A DNA stretch of 64,000 nt from Bacteriovoracales bacterium (GCA_030149295.1 JASBRV010000119.1:5332-69331), one strand, 5' to 3'. Counted from the stretch's first letter, positions 1-10,505 are shown. The notes: generated from the sequence alone by a model not told the origin. Program-made: numbers and translations.

Positions 1-125
1 ACAAACAAGAAAAAGATTCCGTACCAAAGGAACTGCTTCCCAATGACCTTATGGTCATACGAAAAGATGTACTTTGATAGAAATGTTGTTGGTTTGGGGT
101 GGATGTGCTGTTCGTAAAAAGCCAT
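1..125 (-). CDS. ctaD: cytochrome c oxidase subunit I, N-terminal fragment (continues beyond window)
   Basis: Not in the ORF track. My own reverse-strand translation from ATG 125-123 gives MAFYEQHIHPKPTTFLSKYIFSYDHKVIGKQFLWYGIFFLF. It carries the DHK-IG motif typical of COX1 N-termini. A GGAG RBS lies about 9 nt upstream, and the start is 24 nt after the coxII stop. Confidence 0.75.
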   Translation of the reverse strand, partial: MAFYEQHIHPKPTTFLSKYIFSYDHKVIGKQFLWYGIFFLF

Positions 126-149
126 CTCTGTATCTCCTAATAATTAATT

Positions 150-989
150 CTAGTTTTTTGTCATTCCAATTTTTTTGGTGCTTGAAGTAGGATTCCACTT
201 CCAACCCCAGTAAATGTCAGCGTCTTCTGGATCATTGACGGCTCTATGAATTTTCCCGGCCTCAGCTAACCAGTGAGAGTAGTCATCTTCATTATAAAGT
301 GTGAGCTTCGCAGCCATTCTGTAGTGATAAGTTCCACACATTTCGGCACAAGCGATGTCGTAGGTTCCTGGCTTAGTAAATTCAATCCACATTCTCGTGA
401 TACGTCCTGGAATAGCATCTGTCTTTCTACGGGCATTAGGAAAGTAAAGTGAGTGGATCACATCTTTGGAAAGAATTTGAAAAACAATTTTCTTATTGGT
501 TGGTAAGCGAAGATCGTTAAGGGTCACGATATCATCTTGGGTGTTGAAAACTCCGTCTTGTCCGGGCAAACGAAAGTTCCATGCCCATTGCTGACCAAGA
601 ACTTGAACTCTAACGACATCCTCTTTGGATTCGTCAGGCCAGTTGATAAAGATACCGGTGTAGTCATTATTCGACATTCTCGTAATATTGAGGTCAATAC
701 CAATAAAAACAGCGATACCAATAATGGTCGCAACAAGAATGTGAGTCTTCTTATTTCCATAAGTGTAATATGGCTTTGGGTGTCTCTTTTGATGGTAAAG
801 GTATGAGAAACCAAAAAGACCGATACAAACTAAAATAAAGAAGAAAAGATTCAACGTGGTCGTGTAATTAAAAAGATAATCAATAAGGTGACCATGAGTT
901 GAAATGTCTTCAGGTGGAGCAATCTGTTCAAAGAAACCAAGCTTTTCAGTGTTCTTTAAGATCGGTTCCGTAAAAACTTTGTTTTTCAT
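150..989 (-). CDS. ctaC: cytochrome c oxidase subunit II (CuA subunit, no fused cytochrome c domain)
   Basis: 279 aa with two N-terminal TM helices. CuA ligand motif H...CAEMCGTYHYRM near the C-terminus. No CxxCH motif. Confidence 0.9.
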   Translation of the reverse strand: MKNKVFTEPILKNTEKLGFFEQIAPPEDISTHGHLIDYLFNYTTTLNLFFFILVCIGLFGFSYLYHQKRHPKPYYTYGNKKTHILVATIIGIAVFIGIDLNITRMSNNDYTGIFINWPDESKEDVVRVQVLGQQWAWNFRLPGQDGVFNTQDDIVTLNDLRLPTNKKIVFQILSKDVIHSLYFPNARRKTDAIPGRITRMWIEFTKPGTYDIACAEMCGTYHYRMAAKLTLYNEDDYSHWLAEAGKIHRAVNDPEDADIYWGWKWNPTSSTKKIGMTKN

Positions 990-1103
990 CGTTATATTCC
1001 CTTAAGCTAAAAGCCCAATGTTTAAGAGTATCTTTAAATGTCTGAGTTACTCGGCATTGTACTAATAATTTTCACAATTTACTATAATCTATTTGCTTCC
1101 ACG

Positions 1104-2900
1104 CTAGCTTAGATAAATCATAGAACCCAGCAGCAAAGGAAGGTAAAAAATTGACCCAAAAAAATAAATTCGCGCCCACTTTCTCAACAACTCTTCTTGC
1201 TGGTTGGGAACCAATAAAACTTTTATAGAAACCAATAAAAAAATGAAATTGAGGAAAACAGAAAAATAACCGTAAAGATCCGTGACTCCAATATCGTAAA
1301 TCCACGGATAAAGAGCGACATAAGCCAATAACGCGGTCAGGCTAAATATTCCCCATTTGGTTAAAGTAAGCCCAAAAGAGTTTGGATAAACTTTAATATC
1401 TGCTTTTCCATAATCCTTAGCATGATAAATGGAGATGGCAAGAAAATGAGGAAGCTGCCAAACGAAGAGAATCCAAAAAAGGGCCCATCCCATTTCTGTC
1501 ATTTTACCCATGACAATAGTCCAGCCCATTAACGGAGGCAGAGCTCCAGGGACGGCGCCAACATAAAGGGCAAGAACACTTTTTTGCTTTAAGGGCGTGT
1601 AAGCGAAAACATAAAGCGAAGCAGCAATAAAGCCCAACCAAGCAGTTAAACCGTTAACAGTCCAATAAAGACCGGCCAATGCCACGATCATAAGAAAACT
1701 ACTAGCGAAAAGGGCAGTCTTCGGATTCATTCTCCCCGCAGGAAGTGGACGCTCTTTTGTGCGGTCCATCAACTTATCAATATCTCTTTCCATCCAGCAA
1801 TTAAAAGCTGCAGCTCCCATGACCAGAATAAAAGTAAAGAAAAAGCCCTTTAGTCCCAAGAAGAAATCCAAAGGTCTCGGAGCTAACATCATGCCGACAA
1901 AGACCGTCGACATCACAAGCATTCCAAGACGAGGCTTTGTGATCTCTAACATGTCGCTCCAAAAGGAAAACCTTTTCTCTGCCAATTTTTCCTTTTCTAC
2001 CGCCCGTACCTGAAGATTAAGCTTCCAAAGAAGTGCGAGGGAAAGCACGCCACTGGTAAAATGAAAAATCGTCCACGGCTGAGAGAGCTTCCAAGCCACG
2101 GCCAAAAGGCCAAGAATCTGCTGAAGAGAAAGAGCTATAAAAGCTAAAGCTGCTACCTTTTTTAAGGAAATGCTCATTTGCTGTTTATTTAAGTGAAAAA
2201 TCCAAATAGCGGCAAAGGCCCAAGTAAAAAAGGAAACAATGCGATAAAACATATGAATCTGCCCAGGAGCACCTTTTGGCCACAAGCTGCTACCAGTACT
2301 GGCGTTGCAAGAGAGAACAGATTCCCATCCAAGACCACACGCATTAAGAACCCCTGCATGGCGAACAAAAGCTCCAAGAACAATAGTTGAAGCTGAAAGA
2401 AAAACCAGCAGACCAAGGCCATCAGATAGTTGAAGCCCACCCCAAAGCCTAGGTGTCAGACTCCATTCTTTGAGAGAGGATTTTAAAGAAATTCGATGAT
2501 CAATAAGAATAAGGGTCGTAACAAAAAATAAGGAAAGAGCAAAATGACTCGTGTTTACAATGGTAGGCAGTCGATAAAAGCTCGTGATTCCTCCAAGTAA
2601 ACCCTGGATACCCACTAGGAAAAGGGCAAAGAAACCTAATAGACTTAAGTTTTGGGTTTCATGATCCTTTTCATTTTTTTTGAGAACAAAGGCTAAAACA
2701 AGGGTGAGCATTCCTACGATAAGACCCAAAAAGCGATGACCTTTATTGAGACTAAAGTCCATAGGCTCACTGGCTCCATAACAAAGGGGCCAGCTGGTAC
2801 AAACCAGCGAATTGCTCGAATAATGGACCATCACTCCAAGGAGCAATAGCCCAAACGAGAACACAATGGTAATAAGACTATAAGTTCTTGCGCGTGTCAT
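1104..2900 (-). CDS. ctaB: fused heme A synthase (CtaA/COX15-like, N-terminal half) and protoheme IX farnesyltransferase (CtaB/CyoE, C-terminal half)
   Basis: 598 aa polytopic membrane protein. The N-terminus has the C-x2-WPLC-x-G motif of CtaA. The C-terminal half starts with the LEITKPRLG...UbiA-type prenyltransferase pattern typical of heme O synthase. Confidence 0.8.
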   Translation of the reverse strand: MTRARTYSLITIVFSFGLLLLGVMVHYSSNSLVCTSWPLCYGASEPMDFSLNKGHRFLGLIVGMLTLVLAFVLKKNEKDHETQNLSLLGFFALFLVGIQGLLGGITSFYRLPTIVNTSHFALSLFFVTTLILIDHRISLKSSLKEWSLTPRLWGGLQLSDGLGLLVFLSASTIVLGAFVRHAGVLNACGLGWESVLSCNASTGSSLWPKGAPGQIHMFYRIVSFFTWAFAAIWIFHLNKQQMSISLKKVAALAFIALSLQQILGLLAVAWKLSQPWTIFHFTSGVLSLALLWKLNLQVRAVEKEKLAEKRFSFWSDMLEITKPRLGMLVMSTVFVGMMLAPRPLDFFLGLKGFFFTFILVMGAAAFNCWMERDIDKLMDRTKERPLPAGRMNPKTALFASSFLMIVALAGLYWTVNGLTAWLGFIAASLYVFAYTPLKQKSVLALYVGAVPGALPPLMGWTIVMGKMTEMGWALFWILFVWQLPHFLAISIYHAKDYGKADIKVYPNSFGLTLTKWGIFSLTALLAYVALYPWIYDIGVTDLYGYFSVFLNFIFLLVSIKVLLVPNQQEELLRKWARIYFFGSIFYLPLLLGSMIYLS

Positions 2901-2986
2901 AAGAAAATCTATTTCTGAGGTTTATACACATCTCAATTGGCTATCGCAATAAAATCCGGTCAAACGGTAAAGTTTCAGGGGGGAAA

Positions 2987-4081
2987 ATGAGTACAAAAAG
3001 CGAAGGCACATATTATGGTGATTACCTCGAGTTAAAGAGCCTTTTATCGACTCAAAAGCCAAAAAGTGCCGAAGTTGGCGATGAAGCCCACGACGAAACT
3101 CTCTTTATTATTGTGCATCAAGTTTATGAACTATGGTTTAAACAAATCATTCATGAATTCAGCTCTGTCTTGGACATCTTTAGACAAAACCAGATTCCAG
3201 AAAATTCTATTGCAACTGCTGTCACGAGATTGGAAAGAATCATAAAAATTCAAAATCTTTTATTGGACCAACTTCCCGTCATGGAAACAATGAGTCCCAT
3301 GGATTTTCTTGAATTTAGAGATCTTCTTGTTCCCGCCTCTGGTTTTCAATCTGTTCAATTTAGAGAGATAGAAGTGCGTATGGGTTTAAGAACTCATAAC
3401 CGTAAAGCTGTGGATCGCAATTACTTTCTCGGGCGCCTAAGTGAAGAAGACAAAAACCATATCTTAGCCGTTGAGGAAGATAAGTCCTTATTAGAACTTA
3501 TTGGAGAATGGCTAGAGCGCATGCCCTTCACCCAACAAAAGAATTTTAACTTTTGGGATGAATACGAAAAAATCGTCACACGAATGCTTGAGCGTGATTT
3601 AGAAACCATTGAGAAAAATCTAGCGACCCTCCCTCCCAAAGCGAAAGAAGCAAACCTTGCCAATATTGAAGCCACAAAGAAAACTTTTGCCACTCTTTTT
3701 AAAGCAGAAGATCACAAAAAGCTCGTGGAGGACGGTAAAAGAAAACTCTCCCAAAAGGCCACTCTAAATGCCCTTTTCATTCTTCTTTATAGAGAAGAGC
3801 CTCTTCTTCATATTCCCTATCGCCTTCTTACTTGCCTTATGGATATCGACGAAAATTTTACAACGTGGCGCTATCGTCACGCTCTAATGGCCCATAGAAT
3901 GCTCGGTACGAAGATTGGCACAGGGGGATCTTCTGGTCACCACTACTTGAAAATGGCAGCGGAGAACAATCGTGTCTATGAAGACCTCTTCAATCTTTCG
4001 ACATTTCTCATTTCGAGAAAGGAACTTCCCCAGCTACCTGAAGAAATTAAAAAGAGTTTGAATTTTAATTTTGAGAGTTGA
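2987..4081 (+). CDS. kynA: tryptophan 2,3-dioxygenase
   Basis: 364 aa. The N-terminal YGDYL.L..LL..Q and HDE.LFI..HQ.YELWFKQ motifs are characteristic of TDO. Lies in the kynurenine-pathway cluster. Confidence 0.9.
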   Translation: MSTKSEGTYYGDYLELKSLLSTQKPKSAEVGDEAHDETLFIIVHQVYELWFKQIIHEFSSVLDIFRQNQIPENSIATAVTRLERIIKIQNLLLDQLPVMETMSPMDFLEFRDLLVPASGFQSVQFREIEVRMGLRTHNRKAVDRNYFLGRLSEEDKNHILAVEEDKSLLELIGEWLERMPFTQQKNFNFWDEYEKIVTRMLERDLETIEKNLATLPPKAKEANLANIEATKKTFATLFKAEDHKKLVEDGKRKLSQKATLNALFILLYREEPLLHIPYRLLTCLMDIDENFTTWRYRHALMAHRMLGTKIGTGGSSGHHYLKMAAENNRVYEDLFNLSTFLISRKELPQLPEEIKKSLNFNFES

Positions 4082-4421
4082 TTTCGCTTTGTCGCATTGG
4101 CATGGAATCAATTAACTTAAAAAGAAATTTTTCTGTAAATGGCTTATTCGATTGAGCTTTAATCGTTCCATCAAGTCCTAAAAGAGCAAAATCTTTTTTA
4201 CGTGCTAAAAGAACTTTAGGATAATGAAGGACGATAAGCTTCCTCTCATTAAAACCTTTTATTGAGTCTTTAAAAACTTTCATTTGCCTTTCAATATCCT
4301 TAGACTCCTCAACTACGATGAGACGATTTTTCCAAAGAAAGTCTTGGGGTGTTGAAGCAACTATTTTTTGAACCGTCACAAAGAATAGAATCCCCAAAAA
4401 AATGAAAAGATTCTTTTTCAT
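4065..4421 (-). CDS. small secreted protein, possibly DUF4174-like; last gene of the kynU-kmo operon
   Basis: 118 aa with an N-terminal signal peptide. Its start overlaps the kmo stop by 4 nt (ATGA coupling). Its 3' end overlaps the convergent kynA by 17 nt. The family call is by eye only. Confidence 0.5.
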   Translation of the reverse strand: MKKNLFIFLGILFFVTVQKIVASTPQDFLWKNRLIVVEESKDIERQMKVFKDSIKGFNERKLIVLHYPKVLLARKKDFALLGLDGTIKAQSNKPFTEKFLFKLIDSMPMRQSEINSQN

Positions 4422-5815
4422 CCAAGGAAATCAAGTTTTGCCGCTCCCTCTTGGTAACGGTTTAGGTCGATATTATGTTTTTTAACAAAAGGAGTGAATT
4501 TCTCGTTGATAAGAAGCGCGGCCTTCTCCATATCCACTTCATCCACGGAGTTAATTCCTTTCGCTAATTCTTCGAGTATTTCCTGTTGAATAAGACCAGC
4601 CTTTTGAGCAAGGTGATATGGAATTAAAGTATAAGTCACCATTCCATAACGAGCTCTATATTTTTCAGGAAAGGCATTTTCAATTTTATGCTCAATAGCT
4701 TTTTTAAGAAGAAATCTTTCATCACCTACTTTATCTTTCATCTCGACAAAGTTTTCTAGGGCCATATCGGCAATTGCATTACCATTGGGTCTTTGAAGCT
4801 TGTCATAATGGCTAAAGATTTTCCTCCAATCATCTGAATACTTATCCATCAGCGAAAGAAGAACAGAACAATCCTCCATTCCACAATTCATCCCTTGACC
4901 AAAAAAGGGAACGATCGCATGGGCTGCATCACCTAAGAGGGCGATTTGATCTTGATAAACCCAATGGCTCATTCTCACAGTGCCAAGAACTCCCTGAGGG
5001 TTTTCAAAGAACTCCTCTGCAAAGTTAGGCATATGAGGGATTGAGCTCGCATAATATTTTTTAAAGAAGTTTTTTACATCCTCTTTTGTTTTTAGTTGCT
5101 CAAAGCTCCTCTCTCCAGACTTGGGAAGATAAACTGTCATAGTGAAACTTCCTTTCAAGTTAGGAAGTGCCATGAGCATATGATCTCCTCGAGGCCAAAT
5201 ATGAAGAGCTTTCTTTTCAATAGGATAATCACCTGATTCAGATGCAGGCATAAGGAGTTCTTTATAATCTGAATCAATGAGATTCATACTCTCCGTAGCC
5301 TCAGGTATTAGCTTCAATAAAGCTTTTCTAGTTGGAGAGGCCGCGCCATCGGTACCAAAGAGAAGATCATAAGAAGCCTGAGTTCCTCCAGAGAAGGTCG
5401 CTACTTTTTCTTTCGCATCGACAGATTCGAGCTCTTTTTCAAAATGAATTTTTACTCCTGCTTTTTCCGCCTCATTCATCATTGTGACATTAAGAAGAGC
5501 ACGAGAAACAGAATAATTGCACTCACTTTCATCACGACCATAAGGCTGATAAGTAAGATCCCCTTGCATGGAATGCATCATACGTCCCGTCACAGGGACA
5601 ACAATTTTTTTCACTTCATCCAATACGCCAACAAGAGAAAAAGCATTGAGAGCGCGAGAAGTGGCAATCAAGTTAATTGATCGACCTCCCTCGTAGTCAT
5701 CGAGTCGCATGTCTGAGCGCTTTTCATAAAGGTCAACATCATATCCTTTCTTTTTAAGGGCTAATGCCCAGAAAGAACCAACTAAACCTGCACCCGAGAC
5801 AACGACTTTTTTCAT
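4418..5815 (-). CDS. kmo: kynurenine 3-monooxygenase (FAD-dependent)
   Basis: 465 aa. N-terminal GAGLVGS dinucleotide fold; later DAAH..PF.GQG motif typical of KMO and aromatic hydroxylases. 4-nt overlap with kynU. Confidence 0.88.
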   Translation of the reverse strand: MKKVVVSGAGLVGSFWALALKKKGYDVDLYEKRSDMRLDDYEGGRSINLIATSRALNAFSLVGVLDEVKKIVVPVTGRMMHSMQGDLTYQPYGRDESECNYSVSRALLNVTMMNEAEKAGVKIHFEKELESVDAKEKVATFSGGTQASYDLLFGTDGAASPTRKALLKLIPEATESMNLIDSDYKELLMPASESGDYPIEKKALHIWPRGDHMLMALPNLKGSFTMTVYLPKSGERSFEQLKTKEDVKNFFKKYYASSIPHMPNFAEEFFENPQGVLGTVRMSHWVYQDQIALLGDAAHAIVPFFGQGMNCGMEDCSVLLSLMDKYSDDWRKIFSHYDKLQRPNGNAIADMALENFVEMKDKVGDERFLLKKAIEHKIENAFPEKYRARYGMVTYTLIPYHLAQKAGLIQQEILEELAKGINSVDEVDMEKAALLINEKFTPFVKKHNIDLNRYQEGAAKLDFLG

Positions 5816-7095
5816 ACAGCAGAACCTATAACTTTTACGAGTTCAAAACAGTCTTCAAAGGAATTATAAAGAGGTATGGGAGCCATCCTTAAAATATCAG
5901 GCTCACGAAAGTCTACGATAGCTCCTGCTTCTTTTAATTTTTCTTCAACATTCTTTGCGTCACCCTTAACGCGAACACAAAGCATAGATCCTCTCGTTTG
6001 TTTTCCTTCAACATAAGGAGGTGTCACGATTTCAATTTTATTGCCGCAATTTTCTTTTAAAAGCCATTCTAGATAACCTGTTAAGTTATCTCCCTTGGCA
6101 CGTAAATTATCCATGCCAACAGAATCATAATGATCGAGACTGGCGCGAATAGCTGCAAGTTGAAAAATGGGGGGGTTAGAAAGTTGCCACGACTCCACTG
6201 AATCCATTGATTCGAATTCAGGTTTCATCTTAAATCTTGTTTCTTTTTTGGTTCCCCACCATCCCTCAAAGCGAGGCATCTTGGGGTCTTTATGATGTTT
6301 TTCATGAACAAAAGCCCCCGCAAGACCACCAGGGCCAGAATTTAAATACTTGTAAGTACACCAAACAGCAAAGTCCGCTTCATGCTTATGAAGATCAAGT
6401 TTCAGATTTCCTGCACCATGAGCAAGATTAAAACCAACCATAGCCCCTACAGACTTAGCCGCTGCAACAACTTTTTCAAAATCAAAGCATTGACCTGATA
6501 GATAGTTACAATTACCAAGCATCACAAGAGCAAGGGAGTCCCCATGACTTTTAATTTGACTAACAAGCTCATCATCAGTCAAAGTCATTTTCCCATCACT
6601 AGGTTGAAGTTGAACAATGGCTTCTTTAGGATCAAAGCCATGAAAACGCGCTTGAGAATCCACTGCATACTTATCAGAAGGGAAAGTCGTATTTTCAATA
6701 AGAATTTTATAACGAGATTGAGTCGGTCTATAAAAACTCACCATCATAAGATGCAGATTTACAGTAAGTGAATTCATCACGACAACTTCACTTGGTTTTC
6801 CACCGACAACCTTTGCCATTTTTTCCGTTAAAAACTCATGGTACGGCATCCAAGGATGTTTACCCTTAAAATGTCCTTCTACACCAAAAGCTTTCCAAGC
6901 ATTGAGCTCTTCTTGAATATAAGCTTCTGCATTTTTAGGCATTAGGCCCAAAGAGTGACCTGTGAAGTATAGACACTTTTCTCCATTCTCTGTGAGGGGA
7001 AAATGAAACTCATTTCGAGTGTTGTAAAACTCGTCCTGATTATCGAGCTCCTTAGCCCCTTGAATTGAATTGTGCTTTTCATTAAATGTCATCAT
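5812..7095 (-). CDS. kynU: kynureninase (PLP-dependent)
   Basis: 427 aa. FTGHSLGLMPK, class V aminotransferase-like, with a TYKYLNSGPG lysine region. Confidence 0.9.
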   Translation of the reverse strand: MMTFNEKHNSIQGAKELDNQDEFYNTRNEFHFPLTENGEKCLYFTGHSLGLMPKNAEAYIQEELNAWKAFGVEGHFKGKHPWMPYHEFLTEKMAKVVGGKPSEVVVMNSLTVNLHLMMVSFYRPTQSRYKILIENTTFPSDKYAVDSQARFHGFDPKEAIVQLQPSDGKMTLTDDELVSQIKSHGDSLALVMLGNCNYLSGQCFDFEKVVAAAKSVGAMVGFNLAHGAGNLKLDLHKHEADFAVWCTYKYLNSGPGGLAGAFVHEKHHKDPKMPRFEGWWGTKKETRFKMKPEFESMDSVESWQLSNPPIFQLAAIRASLDHYDSVGMDNLRAKGDNLTGYLEWLLKENCGNKIEIVTPPYVEGKQTRGSMLCVRVKGDAKNVEEKLKEAGAIVDFREPDILRMAPIPLYNSFEDCFELVKVIGSAV

Positions 7096-7137
7096 AGTTA
7101 ACTCTTTTTCGTTAGATATTTCTCTTAATTATTTTCT

Positions 7138-7923
7138 TTAGTTTTCCACATTTACTGTGACGTTACCTAGCTTTTCCATTTCTAGCTCAACCCTCATCCC
7201 AGGTTCTAACTGAGCCGCAACTGTTGCCGCTCCGGCTAAGACTACGGTATTGGCAGGTAATGACTTCCCTCTTTTTTCTAAAAGTTCACACAGCTGAATG
7301 ACTGAAACCACAGGGTCTCCTGAGATCGCCTTGGTATTGCCTTCTTGTACGACAGTTCCGTTGACCTTCATTTTCAAATCGAGATTAGCTAAATCGATAT
7401 CTTTGAAACCTTTAATCGGCGTTCCAAGAATGTAATGACTAGAAGAAGAGTTATCAGAAATCACATCTTCCATGGAGAAGTATTTAAACTGTTTGTAACG
7501 ACTATCTAAAATTTCCATACAAGGATAAACTTCGCTTGTCGCCGCCAAAACATCTTCTCTCGTTACAGTCCCCTTAAGTTCTTTTGAAATAAGAAAGGCC
7601 ACTTCTGGTTCGATTTTAGGGTGAATCTGAGGAGCCATTTTATAAGACCCACCATTAGCGACAAGCATCTTATCGGTAAGGACTCCATAAAGAGGAGAAT
7701 CAAGATCCATTTGTTTCCTTTTCGCTTCCGAAGTTAAGCCCATCTTAAGGGCAATAACCTTTTCACCACTCTCTTCTCTTAACTCAATTCCCCTTTCTTG
7801 AATCGAGTAAGCATCATCTCTAGAGAAGTCTTTAATTTTATCTGAAATTTGCTCAATAGGACTTCTTTCAAGTCGAGCCCTGTGTAGAGTTTCGGCCCAA
7901 TCGTTTATATCATTAGGTGTCAT
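7138..7923 (-). CDS. 2-oxopent-4-enoate hydratase / 4-oxalocrotonate decarboxylase family protein (MhpD/AmnE/AmnF-like)
   Basis: 261 aa. Size and overall pattern fit the FAH-superfamily hydratase/decarboxylase group found in meta-cleavage and 2-aminomuconate pathways. First gene of the minus-strand kyn operon. Confidence 0.7.
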   Translation of the reverse strand: MTPNDINDWAETLHRARLERSPIEQISDKIKDFSRDDAYSIQERGIELREESGEKVIALKMGLTSEAKRKQMDLDSPLYGVLTDKMLVANGGSYKMAPQIHPKIEPEVAFLISKELKGTVTREDVLAATSEVYPCMEILDSRYKQFKYFSMEDVISDNSSSSHYILGTPIKGFKDIDLANLDLKMKVNGTVVQEGNTKAISGDPVVSVIQLCELLEKRGKSLPANTVVLAGAATVAAQLEPGMRVELEMEKLGNVTVNVEN

Positions 7924-7994
7924 ATCTATCCCTCTGCTTTGCCTTTTTTAATCTATGAATGGTAGAAAGTATCCTACTTCAAAAGGGATAAAAC

Positions 7995-8642
7995 ATGAAC
8001 TTTGGCGACCTTAGCCATAAGAAAATTATCGATATTTCACCCGTTATTAACGGAAATATTGCAGTTTTTCCTGGAGACACTCCCTTTCAAAGAGAAGAAC
8101 TTTTAAGTTTTCAAAAGAACAATCACTTAGACCTCTCAACAATTCGCACAACCGTTCACCTAGGAGCTCACACGGACGCACCTAGTCACTATCATAAGGA
8201 TGGTGTCGGTATGGAAAAAAGAGAACTTCATTACTATCTTGGTAACTGCCAAGTCGTTGAAGTTAAGGGCAAACCTAAACGAATTGGGCGAGAGCATTTA
8301 ACCACTGATATAAGTAGTGAGCGTGTTCTCTTTAAGACGGGAAGTTTTCCCGATCCTTACCATTGGAATGATGATTTTAGTGCAATCGAGCCTGAACTTG
8401 TCGAAGAATTGGCGAAAAAAGGTGTGAAGCTCATTGGCATTGATACCCCAAGTGTTGATCCTAGCGACAGCAAAAATTTGTCATGTCACAAAACAATTTA
8501 TCAATATGACTTAGCCATCCTTGAAGGAATCATTCTCGAACATGTTTCCCCAGGACATTATCAACTTATTGCTCTTCCTTTACCTATTGAAGGATCAGAT
8601 GCAAGTCCAGTTAGAGCTATCCTAATCGCAGGAGAAAATTAA
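7995..8642 (+). CDS. kynB: kynurenine formamidase (cyclase family)
   Basis: 215 aa. HLGAHTDAPSHY metal-binding motif of cyclase/arylformamidase family proteins. Confidence 0.85.
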   Translation: MNFGDLSHKKIIDISPVINGNIAVFPGDTPFQREELLSFQKNNHLDLSTIRTTVHLGAHTDAPSHYHKDGVGMEKRELHYYLGNCQVVEVKGKPKRIGREHLTTDISSERVLFKTGSFPDPYHWNDDFSAIEPELVEELAKKGVKLIGIDTPSVDPSDSKNLSCHKTIYQYDLAILEGIILEHVSPGHYQLIALPLPIEGSDASPVRAILIAGEN

Positions 8643-10066
8643 TGAGAGAGGTCTTAAACTTTATTGGTGGAGAATATTGCAAAGGTCATAAAGGCGAATG
8701 GATGAACTCCGTCAATCCTGCAACCGAAGAAGTCATTGCAAAAGTAGTTAACTCAACCGAAAAGGATGCTATTACCGCTATTAAAGCTGCTGCCGATGCT
8801 TTTCCCTCTTGGTCACAAACCTCCATTGAAAAAAGGTCTAAAATTCTTGAACGAATGGCATACCTAATTGAAGAAAGGCTTGATGAGCTTGCTCTCATTG
8901 AATGCCAAGACAATGGAAAACCTCTCGCCGTTGCCAAAACTGTTGATATCCCTCGAGCAGCCTTAAACCTTCGTTTTTTTTCCCAAGCGATAACTCAATA
9001 CTCCCAAGAAGCTCAAAGCATGAAAGGTGCGATCAACTACACTCTTCAACAGCCACTGGGCGTAGTAACTTGCATCAGCCCCTGGAATCTTCCTCTCTAT
9101 CTCTTTACTTGGAAGATTGCCCCCGCTTTAGCCGCAGGAAATTGCGTTGTTGGAAAACCGAGCGAGGTCACTCCTATCACCGCAAGCATACTTGGAGAAA
9201 TTGCCAATGAAGCAGGTCTTCCTAAAGGTGTTCTTAATATTCTCCACGGTGAGGGACATCGTATGGGAGAAGCACTTGTCGTCTCTCATGAAATAAAAGC
9301 CGTTAGCTTTACCGGTTCCACTCAAACAGGAAAAACCATTAATCAATTGGCGGCTCCTCACTTTAAAAAAGTTTCCCTTGAGATGGGTGGAAAAAATGCC
9401 ACTATTATTTTTGATGACTGTGATGAAAATAAAGCTATTTCAACAGCGGCAAGAGCAGCTTTTTCCAACCAGGGACAAATCTGCCTGTGCGGCTCCCGCA
9501 TTCTTGTTCATGAAAGCCTTTATGAGAAAGTTAAATCTGAATTAATTGAAAAAGCGAATAAATTAAGAGTGGGAGATCCTACTCAAGAAGGCACCCAACA
9601 AGGTGCTGTTGTTAGTGAAGCCCACTTCAATAAAATTTTATCCTGTATTGAAAAAGCCAAAACTGAAGGCGGAAAGGTTCTATGTGGAGGTGAGCGCTTT
9701 GGAGACAAAGGTTTTTTCGTCAAGCCAACCCTCATTGAGGGACTTCCCCAAAAATGTGAAACCAATCAACAAGAAATTTTTGGGCCAGTGGCGACTCTGA
9801 TTCCTTTTAAAAATGAAGAGGAAGCCATTGCCATGGCCAATGATACTAACTACGGACTTTCGGCTTCAATTTGGACAGAAAACACATCGCGCGCCCATAG
9901 GGTTGCAGAAAAGCTCAATACAGGAATTGTGTGGGTCAACACCTGGATGCTAAGAGACTTACGCACGCCATTTGGTGGAGCGAAGGAAAGTGGCGTTGGA
10001 AGAGAGGGCGGATTTCATGCTCTTAAATTTTTCACTGAACCAAAAAATGTATGTATACAGTACTAA
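8642..10066 (+). CDS. aldehyde dehydrogenase, likely 2-aminomuconate-6-semialdehyde dehydrogenase
   Basis: 474 aa ALDH. LEMGGKN glutamate motif and GQICLCGSR catalytic Cys. Sits between kynB and the RidA-type deaminase, as in amn/nba clusters. Confidence 0.8.
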   Translation: MREVLNFIGGEYCKGHKGEWMNSVNPATEEVIAKVVNSTEKDAITAIKAAADAFPSWSQTSIEKRSKILERMAYLIEERLDELALIECQDNGKPLAVAKTVDIPRAALNLRFFSQAITQYSQEAQSMKGAINYTLQQPLGVVTCISPWNLPLYLFTWKIAPALAAGNCVVGKPSEVTPITASILGEIANEAGLPKGVLNILHGEGHRMGEALVVSHEIKAVSFTGSTQTGKTINQLAAPHFKKVSLEMGGKNATIIFDDCDENKAISTAARAAFSNQGQICLCGSRILVHESLYEKVKSELIEKANKLRVGDPTQEGTQQGAVVSEAHFNKILSCIEKAKTEGGKVLCGGERFGDKGFFVKPTLIEGLPQKCETNQQEIFGPVATLIPFKNEEEAIAMANDTNYGLSASIWTENTSRAHRVAEKLNTGIVWVNTWMLRDLRTPFGGAKESGVGREGGFHALKFFTEPKNVCIQY

Positions 10067-10084
10067 AAAACGAGGACTTTCAAA

Positions 10085-10504
10085 ATGAGTACAGAACTAA
10101 ATTCTGAAAAAGCCCCCGAACCAGTTGGACTCTACCCTCATGCTAGAAAAGTAGGAAATCTTCTTTTCCTTTCTGGTGTTGGACCAAGGGAAAGAGGCAA
10201 AAAGGAAATTCCCGGAGTGACCCTCAATCATGAAGGGAAAATCGAATCCTATGATATTGAAGCTCAGTGCCACAGTGTATTTAAAAATGTGCGCCTCATC
10301 CTAGAAGCATCCGGCTCAAAATGGGAAAATCTAGTCGATGTCACTGTCTTCCTTACAAATATGGATGATGACTTTAAAACCTATAACAAAATTTACGCTG
10401 AGTACTTTGCAGATAATCGTCCCTGTAGAACAACAGTTGAGATTAACAAGTTACCAACTCCTATAGCCATCGAACTAAAGTGTATTGCTACGATAGAGGA
10501 TTAA
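10085..10504 (+). CDS. RidA/YjgF family protein, likely 2-aminomuconate deaminase
   Basis: 139 aa. Typical RidA length with the C-terminal R..VEI.....IE pattern. Cluster context supports the call. Confidence 0.7.
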   Translation: MSTELNSEKAPEPVGLYPHARKVGNLLFLSGVGPRERGKKEIPGVTLNHEGKIESYDIEAQCHSVFKNVRLILEASGSKWENLVDVTVFLTNMDDDFKTYNKIYAEYFADNRPCRTTVEINKLPTPIAIELKCIATIED

Positions 10505-10505
10505 T

